Origin: Methanocella sp.
Lineage (GTDB): Archaea; Thermoproteota; Bathyarchaeia; Bathyarchaeales; Bathycorpusculaceae
Direction of reading: 5' to 3'
NCBI GenBank assembly: GCA_050261115.1
Contig: JBLNCY010000005.1
Span: forward strand, 1 to 12,974
DNA: 12,974 nucleotides
This document shows positions 6,018-12,974 of the stretch, one piece after another. Position 1 is the stretch's first letter. Every line of letters starts with the position of its first letter. The position numbers and the translations under genes are program-made. The notes beneath the pieces were generated by a model. The model had not been told where the DNA came from and ran no database searches. It saw nothing but the letters and a program-made list of their open reading frames with translations.

Positions 6018-8432
6018 TTGCCGCCTTCTTACTACTGCAAAAAATGTGGCAGAACCCACTCATATCAGGAATACTCCCAGAGCTTATTCTGCAAAGAATG
6101 CGGCACCTTCCTCACACCCGGCAGCAGACCAAACAATTTCAAGCCAGCCCCAGTCAAACCGCCACAAACTAAACCAGTAAACACTACAAAAAAAGAACCG
6201 CCCCCACAGAAAGTTCAGGCCCCACAAAGCCCTATTGCACACACCCAAATAATTCCGGCGCAGGAAGCATGCTATGGGGAACTGGAGAAGCCCCTTCCGA
6301 AAAACATTAGCGCTTTCTTGCAGAACAAGAAAATCAGGTTCTATTCCCATCAGGCGGAAGCCATTAACAAGGCGCGGCAGGGCAAAAACGTAATTATCAA
6401 CACCCACACGGCTTCAGGAAAAACCTTAGCATTCAACATCCCAGTATTTGATAGCCTCGCAACCGATAGGAAAGCGACGGCACTCTACATTTACCCCTCA
6501 AAAGCATTAACGAATGATCAGCTCAAAGTTTTACAGGAAATCGAGCAGGGCACCGGTATAAAAGCAGATTCTAACGTTTATGATGGCGACACACCAAAAG
6601 AGCAGCGCCAATACATACGGGAAAACTCGAGAATAATATTGACTAACCCTTATGGTTTGCACCTGTACCTGCCCTGGCATAAGCTCTGGCGGTCTTTTTT
6701 CCAGAACCTACGCTACATAGTTCTTGATGAAGCGCATGTTTACCGGGGCGTTTTTGGCTCAAACGTAGCCATGGTTCTGCGAAGACTATTAAGAATCTGC
6801 CATTTTTATCATGCAGACCCCCAGATCATACTCTCATCAGCAACTATAGCTAACCCTCAGGAGCACGCAAAGAAACTAACCGGAAAAGACTTCGAAATAG
6901 TCTCAAACGATGGCTCCCCAAGAGGTAAAAAAACATTCGTATTTTGGAATCCTCCCTTCATTAATCCACAAAAAACAATTCGCCGATCAACCCACCAAGA
7001 AACCAAAGACCTACTAACCGTAAGCGTTATGAAAAACTTGCAAACCCTATGCTTTACAACCTCACGACAAATGGCCGAGCTTATAACGCGATGGACTAAA
7101 GAAGACCTAAGACGAAGAAATCCCAAGTTATACGGTTCAGTAACTGCCTACAGGGCAGGCTACCTTGCTCAGGAACGACGTGACATAGAGAATCGCCTAA
7201 AAAACAAGGACTTAATCGGTTTGGTTTCAACAAATGCATTAGAGCTTGGTATCGACATAGGTTCTTTGGATTCAGTGATAATTTCAGGCTATCCTGGAAC
7301 AATCATATCTACATGGCAGCAAGCCGGCCGTGCGGGTAGAAGCAAAAACGATTCAACCGTAACTTTAGTTGCTTTCCAAAATCCTCTTGACCAATATTTT
7401 ATGAAGCACCCACAAGACTTCTTTGATAGACCTCATGAGCAAGCAATCATTAACCTGCACAATCGACAAATTACTTCAGGCCACATTATGTGTGCAGCTG
7501 ACGAGTTGCCCCTTAACGATTCCGACCAAAAATTCTTTCCCGAACTCTTCATAGAAAGCGTTCAAGCCCTCGCACAAAAAGCCCTATTGAAAAAGACAAC
7601 TCAAGGCTGGACCTACGTCGGAGCAGAAAGGGCAACCATGATTGTCAACCTTGAAAGTATAAGCGGAAAAACCGTGAATGTACTCTGCAATGGACGCATT
7701 CTCGAAACGCTTCCCTTAAACAAGGCTTACGAGGAAACCCATGAGGGCGCAATCTTGCTGCATCAAGGCGAAACCTACCGCTCACTAGAACTGGACCTCA
7801 ACAATTGCACTGCAACAGTTCGTCAAGAGAGCGCCAACTATTACACTGAAACCCAAAAAACCGTCGAAGTAGCAATCAAGAAAACATTAGAGGAAAAACA
7901 AAAAGACCTCAAAACGGCATTGGGCGAATTAACAATAACCGAAAACTATCCTTCGTACGTTGTAAAATCCAACGATGTGGTTATCAAAAAACATACGCTT
8001 GATTTACCCTCTTCATCTTTCTCAACGGTAGGTATGTGGTTTATTATTCCTGAACAGATCCAAGAAGAAATAGAAGATAAGGGCTTGAATTTCGAGGGGG
8101 GATTGCATGCCGTTGAACACGCCATCATTGCGATTGCACCAATGTTTGCAATGTGTGACCGATGGGATATAGGCGGAATGTCAACAGCCAAACATATGGA
8201 CACAGGAAAACCAACAATTTTCATCTACGATGGCTTTGAGGGAGGAATTGGTATCTCAGAAAACCTCTACTCAAACATAAAACCGCTACTAGAAAAAACG
8301 TTAAAGTTGATTGAAACCTGCGAATGCAAAGAAGGCTGCCCCTCATGCATATACTCGCCCAAATGCGGAAACGGGAACGAACCATTAGATAAAAAAGCAG
8401 CACACTTCATCTTGCAAAGCCTAATTAAATAA
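6018..8432 (+). CDS. DEAD/DEAH-box SF2 helicase, Hrq1/YprA(MrfA)/SftH family with C-terminal DUF1998 Zn-binding domain and N-terminal zinc ribbon
   Basis: Q motif FYSHQAEA, Walker A THTASGKT, Ia IYPSKALTNDQ, II DEAH, III SAT, V STNALELGIDIG and VI QQAGRAGR. DUF1998 segment LHAVEHA...YDGFEGGIG...CECKEGCPSCIYSPKCGNGN. N-terminal CKKC-x16-CKEC. Confidence 0.95.
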   Translation: MPPSYYCKKCGRTHSYQEYSQSLFCKECGTFLTPGSRPNNFKPAPVKPPQTKPVNTTKKEPPPQKVQAPQSPIAHTQIIPAQEACYGELEKPLPKNISAFLQNKKIRFYSHQAEAINKARQGKNVIINTHTASGKTLAFNIPVFDSLATDRKATALYIYPSKALTNDQLKVLQEIEQGTGIKADSNVYDGDTPKEQRQYIRENSRIILTNPYGLHLYLPWHKLWRSFFQNLRYIVLDEAHVYRGVFGSNVAMVLRRLLRICHFYHADPQIILSSATIANPQEHAKKLTGKDFEIVSNDGSPRGKKTFVFWNPPFINPQKTIRRSTHQETKDLLTVSVMKNLQTLCFTTSRQMAELITRWTKEDLRRRNPKLYGSVTAYRAGYLAQERRDIENRLKNKDLIGLVSTNALELGIDIGSLDSVIISGYPGTIISTWQQAGRAGRSKNDSTVTLVAFQNPLDQYFMKHPQDFFDRPHEQAIINLHNRQITSGHIMCAADELPLNDSDQKFFPELFIESVQALAQKALLKKTTQGWTYVGAERATMIVNLESISGKTVNVLCNGRILETLPLNKAYEETHEGAILLHQGETYRSLELDLNNCTATVRQESANYYTETQKTVEVAIKKTLEEKQKDLKTALGELTITENYPSYVVKSNDVVIKKHTLDLPSSSFSTVGMWFIIPEQIQEEIEDKGLNFEGGLHAVEHAIIAIAPMFAMCDRWDIGGMSTAKHMDTGKPTIFIYDGFEGGIGISENLYSNIKPLLEKTLKLIETCECKEGCPSCIYSPKCGNGNEPLDKKAAHFILQSLIK

Positions 8433-8619
8433 TGCATAGGAAACCTTTCAAAAGCTAAGGCAGCCAATTTTTAACTGCCATTTCTTCGCAGGCGTTTTAG
8501 GTTTAAAGCCAAATATAGCCGCCATTGGTGTCTAACTGGCGCTAGGTTTTGCGGTTCGGCGTTTATTAAAAAAAGGTTAAAAGGAAAGCTTGGACATTTG
8601 TATCAAGCAAGCGATCACT

Positions 8620-9825
8620 ATGAAAAAAACGCTTGCTGCCGCAATAGCGATTATTATTGTAGCTTTACTTCTAACTGGAGCATTATATGCTTCATTTATC
8701 AACCGACCGGATTATTCAAAGCAAATAAAGTCCATGATGGACGAAAAATGGGCAGAATATGCCGCCGATAACCCTGCGTTTAACGGCTCATTGTCCATAC
8801 GTATAATCTCCCCTAAAGGTGACTTTTATGTCACCACAAGTCAAGATAGCATGGGAGGCAATGTTCATTTTCGAGGTGCCAGCACGACTAAAACGTTTAC
8901 GGCTGCAGCAATCATGCTCCTCCATCAGGAGGGCCAACTAAATATTGATGACAAAATAACTCAAACAATCCCCGGAAAAGACATACCCTATGTCCCAACC
9001 TCTGCCGACTACGCTATTCCCTATAAAGAGGATATTACGATCCGTCAACTTTTAGGGCACACAGCAGGCGTCTTTGATGTAAGCAACAGCCCTATTCCAC
9101 AGAACGTTTCAGCTCCATACGCAGGAGTAACCTATACGGACTACATCAAAGACAGCGCACCTGAACATAACTTTACTTTTGACGAGTTAGTCGGCGTAGT
9201 AGCAACCAACCAGCTAGCCTACTTCGCACCTAACGAAGGCTACCACTACAGCAACACAGGATACTCTATTCTTGGAAAAATAATCGAGCGCGTTTCAGGC
9301 ATGAGTTACCCAACCTTTGTTGAGCAGCGGCTACTGCAGCCAAACGGATTAGAAGACACTTCTTTCCCCTCCCTCGGAAACGACCTCCAACTGCCAGCAC
9401 CTTACGCAAAGGGCTACACCTACATTGGAGGAGAACTCTACGAAACAACCCAAGACAATATGTCGCCACATATGGCTGAAGGAAACGTTATCACCACTGC
9501 CGACGATTTGTGCAAGTGGGCAAAACTCCTCTACAGCGGTCAAGCAGGCATCAACAATGACCTAGTGGCTCAAATGACTGACGTCAAACCCACAGGCGAA
9601 GAACACAAAGTTTACGGCTTAGGCACCGAATACGCCGAGGGCCTCGGTTTTGGCCATAACGGCGCACACGCCGGTTACATGACAGTTATGCGTTATGATA
9701 AGGAAAACGACATAGCTATAGTCATTTCTGCAGCTGTACTGAATGCTGACGACCTTTACGGTCAGATAGAAGTCATGTATGAAGTTGGGCGTGAAAGCAA
9801 ACAAATACTCGGATACAGCACATAA
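8620..9825 (+). CDS. Serine hydrolase of the beta-lactamase (class C)/D-Ala-D-Ala carboxypeptidase family, N-terminally anchored or secreted
   Basis: SxxK (FRGASTTKTF), LLGHTAG, YxN (YHYSNTGY) and HxG (GHNGAHAGY). The likely start is ATG 8620 (MKKTLAAAIAIIIVALLL, a signal or anchor), rather than TTG 8590. Confidence 0.92.
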   Translation: MKKTLAAAIAIIIVALLLTGALYASFINRPDYSKQIKSMMDEKWAEYAADNPAFNGSLSIRIISPKGDFYVTTSQDSMGGNVHFRGASTTKTFTAAAIMLLHQEGQLNIDDKITQTIPGKDIPYVPTSADYAIPYKEDITIRQLLGHTAGVFDVSNSPIPQNVSAPYAGVTYTDYIKDSAPEHNFTFDELVGVVATNQLAYFAPNEGYHYSNTGYSILGKIIERVSGMSYPTFVEQRLLQPNGLEDTSFPSLGNDLQLPAPYAKGYTYIGGELYETTQDNMSPHMAEGNVITTADDLCKWAKLLYSGQAGINNDLVAQMTDVKPTGEEHKVYGLGTEYAEGLGFGHNGAHAGYMTVMRYDKENDIAIVISAAVLNADDLYGQIEVMYEVGRESKQILGYST

Positions 9826-9865
9826 AAAAAAAATAGCTCCACCCAATAGCCAGCAAACGGTGAGG

Positions 9866-9936
9866 CTCAAAGGAGAAAAAAATTCTCTCCCGCCCTCCTT
9901 TGAGTTTAGTTCATACAAATGCGATCAGGAAAAAAA
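9866..9936 (-). terminator. Putative terminator region between convergent genes (hairpin plus oligo-T tracts on the minus strand)
   Basis: CTCAAAGGAG (9866-9875) and CTCCTTTGAG (9895-9904) form a perfect 10-bp inverted repeat. Plus-strand A-runs at 9876-9882 and 9930-9936 (also 9824-9833) read as T-tracts downstream of the minus-strand gene. Confidence 0.45.
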
Positions 9937-9971
9937 GGAGCTCCTGACCACCTCGCTTAGAGAAGCCAAGA

Positions 9972-11670
9972 CTACCCGTGATATTGGCATACTCCATCCG
10001 AACCAAGTAGGCATTGGCAAGGCTCACCCTCATGTCCATGACCTTCACGTGGCTTTAGACAGCGCTTACTTTGATCCAATCTACTCAGAGCTTCACATCT
10101 CTCCCACATTTCCACAAACACATTAGCACTGCCATTGAGCGCCTCACACACAGTTTCCCCATTGGCACACGCTTTGATTGCCTGCAGAAAATCGGGTAAC
10201 ATTCCATAATGGGCAACGCCATCACTGCCGTAATCCCATTCCTTGTTACCCGTTTTGCATTTGGTAAAAGTGCTGTCGTAGGTTACCAAACCCGGCATCG
10301 GCACTGGACCCTTAACAAGTCCGTTAATGTCTGTTCCAAACCCAACAGATCGCCCCTTCATGCCGTTCAAAGCCGCTGTATAGGCAGATATGAACGCTTG
10401 GGGAGTTGTTTCAGCTACACCTAGCCCTAGCATGCCTCCGAGATTTGCGATCCTTTGCAGTTGTTCATCGGTTCGTTGATTCTCATTTGAGGCTTGAGGC
10501 GCATGGGATCTTGGTCCATTATGCCCAGAGTTCAGTGGATAACCACCTTGCTTGCTGCAAAAAGCCTCCGCCAACTCCAACGATAGGTTAGCTGCCTTCT
10601 GAGACATATGGTCAATGTCGATTATCAGGCCAAGTTTCATCATCTCCTTGAGCGCCTTTTTACCCAACGACGTGAGAGACTTCGAGTTCACATGTCCAAT
10701 GCCAGAACTACATTGGGGTGGTGTAGGCGGCTCACGGAAAATATCAATGCCTAATTTGGTGGCTTTTACCAATGCTACAGCGACATCAAACCCATTCTTA
10801 GTGTATTGGTATGTGATTTTATCCTCAGGACTGGAGCACTCAAGCGACCAAAATGCACCGTACTCCCTGTAGTTTGACATGTTAAAAGCGCCCTCATACA
10901 CAGCGGTGCCTCCAAGCTTGTTATCAATGGAGTGAATGGGGAAAATGTACCGCACCCCCATACCGAACAGCCGCCTGAGTTCCTGTCTTACCTTCGAGAT
11001 CGACGGGGGTTTTCCCTTATGAAAATTCCCAAACGCATCCAACTCAATGCCAAGCACAACACCAAGTTTGTTGCCTTGAACGATTCTTCGAAGATCCTTA
11101 GGGCTATAGGCAACTTCCATAAAATCTGAATGACGACCCACAAAGGCCTTGATCTCCTCAATCTGCAAGTCACCCGAACCTTTATCATCTGTTGGTCCAT
11201 CCCCAGGCCCTGAGACAGCTGCAGCAAGGGTCTGATTATTGACGGCAAGCGCAACTAAAACTCGCAAGCCCCCTAAATATGCTCGTTCAATCCAGTCAAT
11301 CCACATCTTCTGATGGGTGATATCGTCCCATCTTGGCCAATCTTGAAAATCGTGCCCCTTTCGCGCCGTCAGGAGTCTTATAGGCCTTGTTTTCCTCTTG
11401 CAAAGCGTCGATGACAGACTGTCGAATGGTATCACCACAAGGGTTATCAAACATACCATACCCCGCATGAGTTGAGCGGTCATCACACAATGCATGCTCC
11501 ATGCTTTCGGCACGAACATTCTTTCGGCAGTGATTATCCGCCGGCAGTAGCGATCCCACGTCAGGACCTCCATGAATTAATTTTCCACCAAACGCAAGGT
11601 TTACCATGGGATGCGTGTGCATATCCACCCATCCTGTCAATTTACTTTTTGTATTACCTTCACCCGACAT
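9972..11670 (-). pseudogene. Amidohydrolase of the membrane dipeptidase (peptidase M19)-like family, split by a single frameshift near 11355
   Basis: ORF 11670-11296 carries the N-terminal metal motif GWVDMHTH...AFGG. ORF 11573-9972 continues with DFQDWP...THQKMWIDWIERAYLGGLR, LGIELD, DIDHMS, SGHNG, GFGTDING and GVAHYGMLPDF. The frames join at AAAGGGGCAC (11361-11352). A GGTGA ribosome-binding site precedes ATG 11670. The restored product would be about 565 aa. Confidence 0.85.
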
Positions 11671-11877
11671 AATATATTCACCCAGTTAGAGCCAATGAAT
11701 CAATTACTAAATAGCTCACTATGGCTTGATAGACTATTTAATCGTTTGACTCTGCCTGCGCATTGTGAGCACTGCTTAAACGTATGTCTCTTTTAGAAAG
11801 AAACTTCGTTTCTGTATGGCTTGGTTGCTAAAGTTGGCGCAAAACGATTCTAAAATTTAAAGACTAACCACAGGGGT

Positions 11878-11900
11878 ACTGTATACAGTTAAGCTTAACT
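11878..11900. promoter_or_regulatory. Two overlapping perfect palindromes (putative operator plus TATA element)
   Basis: ACTGTATACAGT (11878-11889) and AGTTAAGCTTAACT (11887-11900) lie in the divergent intergenic region. Confidence 0.5.
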
Positions 11901-11938
11901 TAGGAGGTATACACTACAGTCAATGAGGCGTCTAAGCA

Positions 11939-12109
11939 GTGAAAAAGAAGAGAGACAGCGTTGAAGTGAGTGAATGCGAGACTTTTCAGTCTTATGATGA
12001 GAAGCTTAGACAGAAGTATGGGGATAACTGGCTTGGGAAGGGGAAGTGTACGGGGTTGGAGTTTAAGCGGTGGTTGGCGTTGAGAGATAATTTGACCGAG
12101 ATTCCCTAA
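11939..12109 (+). CDS. Small hypothetical protein (56 aa), absent from the ORF track
   Basis: GTG...TAA gives MKKKRDSVEVSECETFQSYDEKLRQKYGDNWLGKGKCTGLEFKRWLALRDNLTEIP. The sequence is protein-like, and a palindromic TTAA element lies about 40 nt upstream. Confidence 0.5.
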   Translation: MKKKRDSVEVSECETFQSYDEKLRQKYGDNWLGKGKCTGLEFKRWLALRDNLTEIP

Positions 12110-12335
12110 TCTGGGCTTTACGTTTTGGTCGAAACAGGGTTGTGAGAGGTTAATCGGTTAAGCGCCTATTTTACGGCACGTTGTTTTGGGGGTTGTTTTT
12201 TGGCAATTTGTTGCTGATTGTTTGTATCATTTGTGGGTTCACTGTATGGTATAACTGGCAGTATATGCAGAAGTTACAAAATGCTTAAGTACTTACAAGC
12301 CAACCCTATGTATTACCAATTTAGGAGAAGAAAGA

Positions 12336-12974
12336 ATGCATAAAAAAGTATTTGCGACCTTATTAGTGGTAGCTTTCCTCATTGGAACGCTCGCCACTTT
12401 ACAAGGAGCAATTAATGTAAGCGCACAAGCAACGATGAAAACCTACGCCATTTCTGACGCTATCCCCAACTCAATCGGTCTCGGGGAACAGACACTACTC
12501 AAATGCGGTATCACTGAAGCACTACAATCACAGGCTTATGGATGGACCGGCATCAAAATCAAGGTGGTAGCACCTGATGGAAAAACCCAAGAACTAGGCC
12601 CATTCACAACTGACTCCACAGGCTCAACATATACTTTGTTCACACCAGACCAAGTCGGCACCTACACCGTAACAACAATCTTCCCAGAACAGGAAATGCC
12701 AGTCGACACCATCGTAAACGAAAGAAACGGCATGGTAATTCCCAAAGGAACAATCATGCTAGCAAGCAACGCAACCAGCACATTTACCGTAACTGAAGAG
12801 CCAAGTCCATTCTATCCAGGCCACTCCTTGCCATCAGAGTATTGGAGTAGACCAATTGACCCACAACTCAGAGAGTGGTATAGTATCTCAGGTAACTGGG
12901 TTGCTAGACCAGATAACTCTGTTGCTCTGTATAATGATGATGCACCTGAAACTGCACACGTTCTATGGGCAAGA
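12336..12974 (+). CDS. Secreted PQQ-binding-like beta-propeller repeat protein (Bathyarchaeia type), N-terminal part, 3'-truncated
   Basis: AGGAG ribosome-binding site and signal peptide MHKKVFATLLVVAFLIGTLATL. Then PNSIGLGEQ, GWTGIKIKVVAPDGKTQELGPFTTDSTG, PDQVGTY, PLPSEYWSRPI...REWYSISGNW and APETAHVLWAR, which I recognise as the N-terminal pattern of this family. The frame is open to the window end, and the propeller repeats themselves lie outside the window. Confidence 0.85.
   Translation, partial: MHKKVFATLLVVAFLIGTLATLQGAINVSAQATMKTYAISDAIPNSIGLGEQTLLKCGITEALQSQAYGWTGIKIKVVAPDGKTQELGPFTTDSTGSTYTLFTPDQVGTYTVTTIFPEQEMPVDTIVNERNGMVIPKGTIMLASNATSTFTVTEEPSPFYPGHSLPSEYWSRPIDPQLREWYSISGNWVARPDNSVALYNDDAPETAHVLWAR

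Noticed and set aside
5755-6063. 102-aa minus-strand ORF
   Set aside because: It overlaps the helicase start and promoter, has atypical composition and shows no motifs.
4958-8432. DISARM- or restriction-like defence pair of methyltransferase plus DUF1998 helicase
   Set aside because: The methyltransferase lacks DNA methylase catalytic motifs (no DPPY/NPPY or PC box), the genes are divergent, and no other system components are present.
6084-8467. Several short minus-strand ORFs inside the helicase gene
   Set aside because: They are antisense shadows of a strongly supported CDS.
8460-8560. Weak GC-containing hairpins between the helicase and serine hydrolase genes (possible riboswitch or ncRNA)
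   Set aside because: The stems are short and imperfect, with no recognisable RNA family motif.
9779-11796. Short plus-strand and alternative-frame ORFs over the amidohydrolase and its flanks
   Set aside because: They are shadow ORFs. The first ~70 aa of the 533-aa ORF and the last ~19 aa of the 124-aa ORF are off-frame by-products of the frameshift.
1-12974. CRISPR array or rRNA gene
   Set aside because: I saw no regularly spaced 23-47 bp repeats and no rRNA-like sequence.

Overview
Archaeal DNA, most consistent with Bathyarchaeia. This is inferred from the last ORF, which matches the N-terminus of their secreted PQQ-like beta-propeller proteins, and from BRE/TATA-type promoters and TTG/GTG starts. 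The left part (1 to about 4910) is visibly more AT-rich and looks like a decayed integrated element. It holds surface or membrane cargo ORFs, a complete 928-bp IS481-family element with 27-bp terminal inverted repeats and a 15-bp target duplication, a multiply frameshifted tyrosine integrase pseudogene, a palindrome-rich spacer and a degenerate tRNA-like sequence at the border. The right part encodes a YjhP-like SAM methyltransferase, a Hrq1/YprA(MrfA)-family DEAH helicase (DUF1998) with an extra N-terminal zinc ribbon, a membrane-anchored serine hydrolase of the beta-lactamase fold, and an M19-like amidohydrolase split by one frameshift. It also has a 56-aa small ORF behind overlapping palindromes and the start of the beta-propeller surface protein. 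I cannot support a clearly new multi-gene system. The best leads are the zinc-ribbon helicase without its usual nuclease partner, the frameshift site in the amidohydrolase, the IS481 end structure and the integrase/pseudo-tRNA border.
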